Positions 53,392 through 64,000 of a stretch of 64,000 nt of DNA are shown here, piece after piece (within the stretch, counting starts at the first letter, position 1; every line of letters begins with the position of its first letter). A program made the position numbers and the translations under genes. The stretch lies in assembly GCA_044892525.1 (NCBI GenBank), contig CM097885.1:52454001-52518000 (forward strand), given 5' to 3'. The notes under the pieces were generated by a model that searched no databases, had not been told where the DNA came from, and saw only the letters and a program-made list of their open reading frames with translations. Origin of the DNA: Schmidtea polychroa (Eukaryota).

Positions 53392-54515
53392 TTAGAATAT
53401 GGCTCCAACCAACTCCTCTACTGGTGGAGCCCTGTTGTTTGGGTACGTCTTCCTAAAATTATCTTCATTTGTCTCTACACACGATTCCCTTTCTTCTTCT
53501 TCCTCGATACCATTTATCCGACTGTATCTGTTTCCCGTGAATCTTTGTCTCTCCGTCGCTCTCCCGTACCTCATCTTTGTATAAGACTCCTCGGATCTAT
53601 GACCATTTCTGCTACATCTTTCACAACGTATTTCCTGACACAATCTTCTTATATGACCTTCTTTCCCACACCCAAAACATCTTGGAGCTTTTTTATCTGG
53701 ACAGTTTCTACTTATATGTCCGCTCCTATGACATGTCCAGCATTCTATTTTACCTTTTTTTGGACAATCAATTTTCGTGTGTCCTATTTTGTGGCATAAC
53801 CAGCATTCTGGCATTTCTCTTCGGATACTTTTTCTCTCTGTTCTTTCTTCTTGTATTGTAGTCTTCCCTGTGGTTCCTGATAGACCACTCTGGCGTAACT
53901 TTTCATACTGTTTATCTGATCTCTTTGCTTGTCTACTTTGTCCATCAGAGTTAGTGTTTCCTTTATTTCTTCTGTGCTTTTTATCTTCCGTAGTATCACT
54001 TCTTTCTCAACTTCTTTATTCTCCGCACATACTATTAACATCCTTGCTGTTAATTTCTCTTTGGTAAATTCTTTATTTTCGAACAACCTATCAACAAGGT
54101 CCTCCACCTTTTTAAAATACGTTTCTATTTCTTCACCCTTCCGCTTGTAATTCAACAAGTTTTGTAGATCCTTTAAAACATCTCTTTCACGATCAAATGC
54201 CATTCGCAACCTAGCCTGGAATCCTTCGGCTTTTTTCAGTGTTTTGGCGTACACTTCCAGGAGATCCTCATCAATCATGCAAGATGTTAATCTTTCCTGG
54301 TCTTTCTTCTGCGTGATTCCCTTGGTGTCGAAATAAATTTCGCATCTTTTAATGAACTTTTCCAAATCGTCCCCTTGGCAGAATACCTTTGGTAGCAATC
54401 TTTCGGTGATTGCGTCCGTGTTTACCGCTGCCACCATATTAGGAGGTTCATCCTGTAAAACATTAAAATCAGTTTTTGTTTCCATAAATTTTATTTCAAT
54501 AAATATCAAAATCAA
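53392..54515 (-). CDS. Gypsy gag (frameshifted near 53800) with four tandem CCHC-type knuckles
   Basis: ORF 53784-54515 followed by ORF 53392-53814 with CWLCHKIGHTKIDC, CWTCHRSGHISRNC, CFGCGKEGHIRRLC and a degenerate fourth knuckle. Confidence 0.85.
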
Positions 54516-54676
54516 ATTATATCTTCCTTAATCTTTCTTATTTAAACAAATTTTCTACGAAGATATTTTTAATTAAAATATCTTCTTATTTTGTTTTTTT
54601 AAAAATTAATCTAAACTTTAATTTTTAAAATTTTTAATTTAAAAATTTCTTCATCATAAAACTTCCTCATAATTGG

Positions 54677-56248
54677 AAAGGCTGGCCTTAGGATAAACCC
54701 TGAAAAGTGTCATATCCTTAAAGAGGAAGTCATTTTTTTAGGTACCATAATCGACAATGATGGAATACAGACGGACGCGTCAAAGCTAGACCCGATTAAA
54801 TCATTGGAAAATCCAAAATGTGTTACGAATCTGAGAAGCTTCCTAGGAATATGCAATTACTAAAGAGTTTTAGAAGAGCTATGCGTGTTAAACAACAAAA
54901 AATTAATTTGGACTGACGGATGCAACATCGCATTCAAAAATATGAAAAATGCTTTAATGTCCTCACCTATTCTAGGGTTTCAAGATTTCGAAAGAGAATT
55001 CATTTTAGGTACTGATGCGAGCTTTGATACGATTGGAGCAGTATTATCACAGAAAGACGACAAAGGGTGCGAAAATGTTATAGCATATGGTTCTCATGCA
55101 ATCAACAATCATGAAAAGGGATATTGCATAACAAGGAAAGACTTGCTGGCAATCTATTATTTTTGTCAACACTTCAATCATTATTTATATGGAAAACGGT
55201 TCATTTTGAGAACGGACCATAAAGCTATCACGTTTATGTTATCCACAAAGAAACCAATAACAACGCAATTCCAGACATGGATTAACTACCTCAGTAGTCT
55301 GGATATTAAAATAGAGTATAGAGAAGGTACGGATCATGCAAATGCAGATGTGTTGTCAAGGAGTACATGTGGACATGCACACAATGTTTATTGGCACATG
55401 AAGACGTGAAAGTGGAAAGAATGAAAACCAGAAGAATAAACACGATGGAAAAAGCTGAAGATTATAAGTGGCAAAAAGATAATACAGAAATAGAACAAAT
55501 AAAAAAGGAAATAGCACAGGGTTCAAGTTGGAAATTTATACTGGTAGACAACGTGGTGAAAACTATTGGGGGTAAGTAATGGATACTTAGAGACAAAAGA
55601 CAAGAAATGATAAAGAGTATGCATATTTTGCTATCACACGCTGAAGCAGAAAAGGTGACAGAATATCTAGCGGACAATTACGATATGGGAGACAAAAGAA
55701 TCAGTAAAAGAAACAATTGGACAATGTAAGGCATGTCAAAGAACGGAAGGTGTGACAACAAAGATGAAGGAAGAGACAATAAAACTGACAGCAGAGGAGC
55801 CGTGGGAGAAAGTGTACATTGATATATAGATATATAGTCGCAATGATTTGACTGCTGTCGCTAGACAGGATGAGCAAACGGTGAAGGACATAATACTACA
55901 AAAATGGATTATTAGATTTGGAGCACCAAAGGAAATTCACACAGATTGTGGAAAAAATATTTGAATCTAAGACGATGAAAGGTTTTACAAAATCAATGGG
56001 AATTACACTATGCTTTTCAAGTCCATACCACCATAATACAAATCGTGTGATAGAACATAAATTCAGAAAAATAAGAGACTATATAAATGCATCATTAAAA
56101 GAAAAAAGTAGAACAGATTGGGCAGAGATCATGCCAGAGATTGAATTTACCTTGAATGCAACATTTCAGAAATCAATAGGGCGAAGTCCCGCAGAGGTAA
56201 TATTTGGAAGAAAAATAACTCGAGAACAATTTCATAGTAAAGAGCCGA
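54677..56248 (+). pseudogene. Host gypsy element, degenerate RT end-RNase H-integrase, cut by Polinton C
   Basis: TDASFDTIGAVLSQ, RTDHKA, SSPYHHNTN, SPAEVIFG; frameshifted; homology stops at 56248. Confidence 0.9.
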
Positions 56249-56269
56249 AGTAGAGAGAAGTGTGCTCCA

Positions 56270-57085
56270 TGACTCATCGTTTTTTGTCATTTTTTTGCAC
56301 TACCCCCCCCCCCCCCGATGACTCAGCGCAAAACAAAGACATATGACTCATCGATGACTCATCCATAGCAACAGTGGTAACTGGGTCAAGGTCATATGAC
56401 TCACCCATAGCAACCGTGGTAACCATGGCAACCATGCCAAGGTCACGTGACTCGTCCATAGCAGCGGCTGCAATTAGGTCAAGGTCATTCTATTTTTAGT
56501 AACAAGGTCATATGACTCATCCATAGCAACGGCTATAACTAGGTCAAGGTCATTCTATTTTTAGTAACAATGTCACGTGACGTCATCGATGACTCATCAA
56601 GGTCATTCTATTTTTAGTAACTTGGTCAAGGTCATTCTATTTTTAGTAACACGGTCATGTGACGTCATCGATGACTCGTCAAGGTCATTCTATTTTTAGT
56701 AACAAGGTCATATGACTCATCATTTTTGGAACAAAGACATATTTAATATTTAAATAAATACATTTAAACAAATATTTAAATAAATACATTTAAACAAATA
56801 TTTAAACAAAGACATTTAATCAAATATTTAAACAATGACATGTAAACAAATATTTAAATAAATACATTTAAACAAATATTTAAACAAAGACATTTAATCA
56901 AATATTTAAATAATGTCATGTAAACAAATATTTAAATATATACATTTAAACAAAGACATATAGACAAAGACTCATCGATGACTCATAGTTTAAATAAGGA
57001 GTTATTATTTTTTTGTGCACTAGCCCCCCCCCCCTGTATGACTCATCGATGACTTTTTTGAACAAAGACTCATCACACGACTCTA
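56270..57085. promoter_or_regulatory. Terminal repeat region dense in TF-site-like motifs
   Basis: Many TGACTCA, TCAAGGTCA, two TGACGTCA, CACGTG, AACAAAG and TAAACA motifs in short tandem units. Confidence 0.5.
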
Positions 57086-57158
57086 ATTTTTAGAAGACTT
57101 CTTTTTTGGTAAACCAAAATTTATTGTATGTCGCTATAGAATAATAATAATAATAACA

Positions 57159-57216
<58 letters not shown>

Positions 57217-57548
57217 CATACCCATTTCGTCATAAAAAAGTTTGTTTTCATAAAATTTATTTCATAAATCATATAATTTGTTTTCATAAAAACTGGTTTC
57301 ATAAAAAAAAAAATAAAAATTAATCATAAAAAAATTTCATTATAAAAAAATTTAAATCATAAAAAAATAATAATTACCTCATTTGAAAAAGATGTACAAA
57401 GTATCGATAACATCTAACCAATCAGAATTGGATATTATCGATGCTTTGTTCTCTGAATATGACTCATCGATGAGTCATTGTTACTAACTGAGTAATTTCT
57501 ACTCACATAAAGACATGCAATACAAGTGCATGAAATGTCTTTATGTAA

Positions 57549-57628
<80 letters not shown>

Positions 57629-57631
57629 TAA

Positions 57632-57758
<127 letters not shown>

Positions 57759-57932
57759 CTTAGAAAAATAGTAATCAACAAAATATATTTAAATTACAAA
57801 TTTACAATTTTACATTGTCATTTTTACAAATGTCTGTTGCATTGATTGTTTCTTACAATCTTGGCTTCATTGACAACTATTAATAATAAAAAATAATAAT
57901 TATAATAATAATTATTATTATTACCGAAATGA

Positions 57933-60900
57933 TCAGTAATCTTCTCCGTCAAAATTGTCGTCATCATCATATATAAAAGTGTCCCCTATCCGATAATGCC
58001 CATATGCCAAACTCTTGTTTTTCGATTTCCAATACCGCTTGTCATCTCTATTTGTCAGCGCCTTCTTAATGTTTTTTATGCTGTACAATTGATGATTTTT
58101 GGATGCAATGCGGAATTGTGGCACAGAGTAAACCTTATTGTTAAAATAACAATCACGATAGGAATTGTGATCTAAGCCAGTATCTTTCAACGTGACAGAT
58201 TTTGCTTTAAGAGTTTCTTTATCACCTAATAAGCTGTAACACTTGGGACGAAGAAACACCCACTCCTTATATCTCAATCCTTTATTCTCGTCTTTGAATT
58301 TTCCAATGACGGAATCTAGTGCTCTACTATATAAAGGATGTTGTGGGTTATAATTAGATGTGTCAAGCAAGGAGTCACGAATCATGGCAGGTAAGAGAAT
58401 GTCAAGACTACAATTTTTAATTTCCAAAAAGAAAGAGTCTGTATCACTAGCTACTATATTAATTTCACAGTTAAACTCATCGCGATATTTTTGCAATTCA
58501 TTATACTGCAACTGATACATTCTCAGTTTAGAAAGATCAAGTACAGTTTGCCCGATGTAGCTGGGCCTATCTAAACATACAGACTCTTTCATAAGCAAAA
58601 CCGAAATCAAATCATCGTCTATCCTAGTAGATTTCTTAAATGCCGGTTTTGAGGCATATGTGATAAGTTTTTGTGCGGAATTGCACAGTCGTAAGTTAAT
58701 ACGTTTTTTCAAGTTCTCAACAGTTTTTCCATACAAACTGTTATTGAGCAACTTGTAATAGTCTTTATCGAGCGGTGTTATGGATGCGGCTCGTAGTTGT
58801 GTGTTGGTATCTATGTATTTCTTGAAGACAGTGCTTTGTGTATACCTAATAGCCCTATGTACCTTGGTAACAACAACACCTAACTGAAGAAAGATTTGGA
58901 GAAGTCGCCAATGTAAAACATAGTGTGTTTTCGGATCGTGTGTAAGTAGCAACTTCTCCACTTTAGAAAAAGGTGGGCACATCTTACCAGGAGCTACCGG
59001 AAAATCATCTAGTTTGTCATGGATAGATTTCGGTATTTTTAAATCTACTTCTATAGTATAGCCATAATCAAGTTGATTTAAATCTTCCGTTGTGCACTCA
59101 ATTAATAATCTCTCTAAAGCAATGTCATCAGTCACCCATTCAAAACCACCGTCGGGAAGCTTTTGTGATAAAGCCCATCCATACAGGTTGTTGATGTCAA
59201 TATACAACAACTCTGTATTTTCATCACTACTAACAAAATGTTTATTCACAAACGTTATCCCACCTCTAATCCCACCTTCAAAGAAATTATACATTTCCAT
59301 GTCGGTGAGAAGCTCAATCGGTTTATCAAGACTTAACAAAGCAGAACTCCAAGAAAGACTGGGGATACCTAGGAAATTCAAAGGCTCAAGCCTATTATGA
59401 GCAATACTCTTAGCTCGGAATTGCTGAAAAAAGTCAGCCAACAGAAATACATCTAATTTCAAATAGACCATCATATAATCCAAAAGGGAATTACATGATG
59501 TCTCTTGCCAGATTAGTTTTGCTTTATTGTATTCATCATCGGATACATCACTCCATTTAGGGGGCAATTCTAATGTAGAAATTAATACATCAAGGGAAGT
59601 TGCTACATCATAAGGGAAAATCCCTTTACTCTTAATAATAGACCCTCTAAACTCAGATTCTGTCAAAGGTAATGTGTTAAGGGTTGAGACAGCATTTTTC
59701 AAAGACGAATTTACAAACTGACAAGAATCTATAAATTTCACAGTCAGGGAATCAATATGCACAAAAAGAGATAAAAAATTTTCACTTGTCACCGGTATAC
59801 AAGAAATATGCCAGGACTTATATTTAGCCAAGCCAAATTTGAGGATATGATGGAGATCATATCCTCTCAAATTATGAAAGACTACAGGTAGTGTGTGGTA
59901 TATTTTCCTGGAAAGATTACAAGTGTTGCAAGCAGCACCAAGGAATTGACCGGTAAAGTGATCATGATCCCTGACTGGTTTAACTAATAATTTTTTACAC
60001 AAATGACAGTTTGTGCTGTTATTAAAATTAATTTGGTCATTTTCTGTGAATATCATTTTCTTATTTTTATTTTTATAATAATAGGGAGTTACAATCTTTT
60101 TAGCGATATCATTAATTTCTTTTAAAAATTCGTCTATACAAGAAAGGCCTATGAATGATTTATAAAATTTTGCGCCTGTATTATTATTTATACATAAAAG
60201 TCCAGCCGAAATGGGTAAATGTTTCTGATAATATTTAGAATCTTTAGGAAGGATTGCCTCAAAATCGGCATAAATAACAAAAGGAGGAGTAATCATTTTA
60301 CTATAGTCTGTGAATTCTAATAATGGATCTTTTGGTAGTGTGTACATTGTGGTTCCTAATTGGTTTCGTTCACAAAGACCTTGATGTTTAATAAAACTAT
60401 CTTCAAATCTGAATCCATTCAGACATCTAGGACACCACTTACAGTAAATACGAACAGAACTTATTGATGAATTTCGGCAATTAAGAAAGATCTTTAAATC
60501 AGATATAGCGACGTAATGGTAGGTTTTCCGATTCTGTAATAATAACAAATTTAGACAAGTACCTCCTACTATTTTACTGCGATAAATTATATCTATAAAA
60601 GGATGTTTCATGATGGGACCCGAAATTAACCCAGTTTCGTCATAACTTAAAACATTAATTGAATAACCTGGGTTTTGTCGTTCAAATTTTGAGATATTTG
60701 ATAATTTCATTGGCATATCTGCCGGGTTATATATCAGATCTGAAAGGTTATAAGAACTAGGCAGATGACGCAATTCATCAGGAGTACTATCATATTTTAT
60801 AACAGCCAAAACCGAGTAAAGGAAACAAAATTCGTCATCATTATTTACATTTATTATACATTTTTTCCTGATTAATGTTTTCGGGGTTTCAATATATTTA

Positions 60901-61841
60901 CGACCACTCAACCTACTAATCTTTGAATATTTTGTCACAATAAAACTAATGTATTCTATTTTGTTAATGGTCCAATTACTTCCCTTTTCATTTATTTTAC
61001 TAATTTTTTCATTTAAAAGAGAGATACCATCATCAATAAATGTGTCGCTCCATACACGAGCAGAGTTTGAGATTATGAAAGACTGAAATTCATCATTTTT
61101 CTCAAACTCTACTTTAATACAAAATTGAATTTTTACTGATTTCATTTTATTTACAATTTCTAACAATTTTTCTATGAGAACGTCAGGAACAGAAAGAATT
61201 TTACAATTCAAGGAAGATATATCCAACTTAACTATTACATGGGAACTATTCAGGTCGGAAACTACGTCGACTATACCACTACCTACTTGGGGTACAACAT
61301 CACTATTTTCAAATTCACTATTTTCAAATTCACTATTTTCAAATTCACTATTTATAACTTCACTATTTATAACTTCACTATTTACAACTTCACTATTTAC
61401 AACTTCATTACTTACAACATCATCGTCGTCTTCACTAATGACTATTATTTCTTTCATCTTTTTTGTGGGAATTTCTGTGGGAATTTCTAAATGTCTTTTA
61501 TTACCTATTATTCCTATTAATCTATTGACTGTTTCCATTAATTGTCGATTTTGTATCAACATGGCATTAATCATACTTTTGTTGGTGGTCCTATTATTGA
61601 TTTTTGTTGATGTTTCCATTAATTGTCGATTTTGTAAGTTTTCGGTGTTCCTATTATTAGTTGATGATATATATTTTTGATACGCAATTTTGAAAACTGA
61701 TTTTTTAGAAGGCATATATTGGGTTAAATGATTACGATGTTTATCATAAAATTCGGTATATGTCGATGTTTCAAGAGTTTGGCATGTAGGACATAACAAG
61801 TATGTTACACTTTTATATTCATGACCATAATATTTTTCCAT
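57933..61841 (-). CDS. Protein-primed family B DNA polymerase (pPolB) with endonuclease-VII-like insert; probably extended 5' by three spliced exons to 62505
   Basis: Intact 1302-aa ORF: ExoI YADFEA, FHNLRGYD, KGIFPY, YIDINNLYG, KLLNNSLYGK, SDTDS, and CHLC...RDHDHFTGQFLGAACNTCN. Confidence 0.95.
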   Translation of the reverse strand: MEKYYGHEYKSVTYLLCPTCQTLETSTYTEFYDKHRNHLTQYMPSKKSVFKIAYQKYISSTNNRNTENLQNRQLMETSTKINNRTTNKSMINAMLIQNRQLMETVNRLIGIIGNKRHLEIPTEIPTKKMKEIIVISEDDDDVVSNEVVNSEVVNSEVINSEVINSEFENSEFENSEFENSDVVPQVGSGIVDVVSDLNSSHVIVKLDISSLNCKILSVPDVLIEKLLEIVNKMKSVKIQFCIKVEFEKNDEFQSFIISNSARVWSDTFIDDGISLLNEKISKINEKGSNWTINKIEYISFIVTKYSKISRLSGRKYIETPKTLIRKKCIINVNNDDEFCFLYSVLAVIKYDSTPDELRHLPSSYNLSDLIYNPADMPMKLSNISKFERQNPGYSINVLSYDETGLISGPIMKHPFIDIIYRSKIVGGTCLNLLLLQNRKTYHYVAISDLKIFLNCRNSSISSVRIYCKWCPRCLNGFRFEDSFIKHQGLCERNQLGTTMYTLPKDPLLEFTDYSKMITPPFVIYADFEAILPKDSKYYQKHLPISAGLLCINNNTGAKFYKSFIGLSCIDEFLKEINDIAKKIVTPYYYKNKNKKMIFTENDQINFNNSTNCHLCKKLLVKPVRDHDHFTGQFLGAACNTCNLSRKIYHTLPVVFHNLRGYDLHHILKFGLAKYKSWHISCIPVTSENFLSLFVHIDSLTVKFIDSCQFVNSSLKNAVSTLNTLPLTESEFRGSIIKSKGIFPYDVATSLDVLISTLELPPKWSDVSDDEYNKAKLIWQETSCNSLLDYMMVYLKLDVFLLADFFQQFRAKSIAHNRLEPLNFLGIPSLSWSSALLSLDKPIELLTDMEMYNFFEGGIRGGITFVNKHFVSSDENTELLYIDINNLYGWALSQKLPDGGFEWVTDDIALERLLIECTTEDLNQLDYGYTIEVDLKIPKSIHDKLDDFPVAPGKMCPPFSKVEKLLLTHDPKTHYVLHWRLLQIFLQLGVVVTKVHRAIRYTQSTVFKKYIDTNTQLRAASITPLDKDYYKLLNNSLYGKTVENLKKRINLRLCNSAQKLITYASKPAFKKSTRIDDDLISVLLMKESVCLDRPSYIGQTVLDLSKLRMYQLQYNELQKYRDEFNCEINIVASDTDSFFLEIKNCSLDILLPAMIRDSLLDTSNYNPQHPLYSRALDSVIGKFKDENKGLRYKEWVFLRPKCYSLLGDKETLKAKSVTLKDTGLDHNSYRDCYFNNKVYSVPQFRIASKNHQLYSIKNIKKALTNRDDKRYWKSKNKSLAYGHYRIGDTFIYDDDDNFDGEDY

Positions 61842-62731
61842 AATATCGTCACAGTCATGATGTGTAGCACTGTTACAAAAGGTTGGATATTTATAACCTA
61901 TAAAATAGTATTATTATCAAAATTATTATTATTATTATTATCAAAATTATTATTATTTATTATTACTATATAATCTGAGTTTATACGACAAAATATTCTG
62001 TCCCTCCCTTGCTCATAAGTGTATTATATTTAAATTTATTTTAATTAAATAAAAACATATTCATTTTCTTTATAAAAATTAATTTCATTATTTGTTTCAT
62101 AACAAAATTGACTTCATACATTTTCTTTATAACAAAATTGACTTCATATTAATTTAAAAAATCATAATAATTTAAAGTAAATTAATTTAAAAATCATAAT
62201 AATTTAAAGCATATTAATTTTAAAATTTTAAAAAACCTACATTTAGGTTTCTTGCACGCGAGATTGTGTACAGCATTATTTACTAAAAAATCATAATAAT
62301 AATAATAATTTAAAAATTAAATTTACCATAATTTCCGGAAACATTATTTTCAATTCCATTACTTGCTGAAAAATTATAAGTTCCCGAAACATTATTTTCA
62401 TTAATGTAGACTAAAATATAAATAAAAATAAAAACATATTAATAAAAAATTACCCATACGATTTCTTCGAATCATTTCCTTGATTTCATTTGAAATATTT
62501 TGCATTTTGAATAAATGAAAAAGAATTACAAAAACATAGATTATATATGTAACGTTTATCCAATCAAAATGCAGATAGGATAGAAAAAATTAACGCACAC
62601 ATATTCATGTCTTTGTTTAAAAAAGAATGAGTCATCGATGACTCACAAATAATGTCTTTGTTACTCACATAAAGACATGCAATACAAGTGCATGAAATTT
62701 GTTGATATGAATAATAAAATTAATTAATAAT

Positions 62732-62872
<141 letters not shown>

Positions 62873-62894
62873 CTTGTGACATTTAATACATTTA

Positions 62895-63279
62895 TTAAAC
62901 AAAATTATACATTGATAACAACCATGCAAGGCAATGTTGGCCACAAGTAATTGAAAATGGATTTTGATACCGAGTTCGATTATATACAATAGGTTTACCA
63001 ATAGTTTGCAATTTACTAATTAATAAATTTGGGTAATAATATCCAAAGGGATCGAATGCATATACTCGGTTTGGTTTCACATATACAGCAATCCAATGTT
63101 CACCTCCTAAACTAGATGTATGAGTATTGACGATTATGGCTTGATTATTTCTCAAATATGGAATTTTATCCAGTGGATAAACTCCAAGAAATTCGTTTCC
63201 CAATAATTGAGTACCAATTCGAGACACCTGAATAGAACTAATCAATAAGTTAAATTATAAAATAAAAATCTTACTCCAT
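62895..63279 (-). CDS. Adenain-like (C5/Ulp-fold) cysteine maturation protease
   Basis: FLGVYP, NT...GEHW, FDPFG, YQ...TCGQHC catalytic pattern. The ATG is supplied by a micro-exon across a 37-nt GT-AG intron (63238-63274). Confidence 0.9.
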
Positions 63280-63309
63280 AAAAAACTTTAATCTTTTAAA
63301 TTTCTTCAT

Positions 63310-64000
63310 TTATACTAGTACAGTTCGATTTGCAGTAATTTGGATTTCATTTTCAAAAACCCCATAGATTATTACATGGACTGGTTCAGTAGTTGCTTTA
63401 CCGAACTTAATATCCAATCTCAAATTGCCACTTTGAGGTAATTGACTTTGATTTAAATCAAAATCTGGAGCCAGAACAAATGTGAAAAATGGATAGAATG
63501 TTTTGAATTCTTCCAGACTTATACCACAATTAAGATTTTTATCCAAATATCCTAAATTTCTGACAAGACTTTGCATATATGAAGTACAATAATTATCATT
63601 ATCAAAATCTTGAGTATAAGTTTCTCGATAATCAGTATTTTTCGATAATGAAAGAGAAGTTACACTAAAGTGTTTGAATTTTGATGAAGATGTATCATAA
63701 GATCCGTTATATTGAGCTTCACTTTGAAAAGTTACAAGGATAAAATTAGGCATTCTTCGATCTCCAAATATTTGCTCCTTGTAAAAAGATGATGCTCCTT
63801 TAGCAATTGCAAATGATACAATTTCTTTTGTTTTTATCGGATAAATTGCATGTTTGGTATTTAATCCAATTTGATGTCCCGCTAATACAGACGATTCACA
63901 TCGAACTCTTCGAACCATTAATTTGGCATCGAGTAATATTAATTTAGGTGCTGCACCTGCAACTCCAGTTGATAATGACAATGCAGAATCAGATCTTTTC
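63310..64000 (-). CDS. Major capsid protein (double jelly-roll), C-terminal part
   Basis: Frame open to the window edge. AIYPI, P-FILV-F, FKHF, Y-FFTF-L-PD and GNLRLDIKF patterns typical of Polinton MCP; adjacent to the protease. Confidence 0.85.
   Translation of the reverse strand, partial: KRSDSALSLSTGVAGAAPKLILLDAKLMVRRVRCESSVLAGHQIGLNTKHAIYPIKTKEIVSFAIAKGASSFYKEQIFGDRRMPNFILVTFQSEAQYNGSYDTSSSKFKHFSVTSLSLSKNTDYRETYTQDFDNDNYCTSYMQSLVRNLGYLDKNLNCGISLEEFKTFYPFFTFVLAPDFDLNQSQLPQSGNLRLDIKFGKATTEPVHVIIYGVFENEIQITANRTVLV

Larger units (their letters stand above)
50094..54671 (-). mobile_element. Young full-length Ty3/gypsy LTR retrotransposon (4578 bp) nested in the RT of the host gypsy
   Basis: 235-bp near-identical LTRs (50094-50328, 54437-54671), 5-bp TSD ATTGG, PBS TGGTGGCAGCGG, PPT AAGAAGGGGGA. 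The host RT resumes VLDKIG|KAGLRINPEK. Confidence 0.95.

Noticed and set aside
50400..54150. Plus-strand ORFs overlapping the nested gypsy (likewise 59092, 61174, 12557, 12786, 29601, 29952)
   Set aside because: Antisense shadows of real coding frames with no motifs of their own.

Overview
Very AT-rich eukaryotic DNA with long (AAT)n microsatellites and tiny GT-AG introns; an invertebrate, possibly a triclad flatworm, but this is inference only. The window is almost entirely nested mobile DNA. 1-20 kb holds a gypsy remnant, Stowaway-like MITEs, a decayed IS630/Tc1 element and the 3' exons of a GH65/PGGHG-like gene. It also holds four intronless RING-finger paralogs interleaved with AT-hook genes and decayed Polinton-like accessory sequence, a Merlin deletion derivative, a Helitron, and a 73-bp mini-element with Polinton-type ends and a 6-bp TSD. 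20-56 kb is one decayed gypsy element interrupted by two insertions. The first is a 26.3-kb segment bounded by Polinton-type termini (TSD TACACT), rearranged into a ~6.7-kb-arm inverted duplication and carrying a 3.74-kb TG..CA insertion with an orphan 262-aa ORF. The second is a young, compact 4.6-kb gypsy with TA..TA LTR ends. 56.2-64 kb is one end of a Polinton/Maverick (adintovirus-like) element inserted in the gypsy integrase. It has an intact pPolB, an adenain-type protease and the major capsid protein C-terminus; pPolB and the protease appear to carry spliceosomal introns. All alignments and family calls were made by eye; no searches were run.
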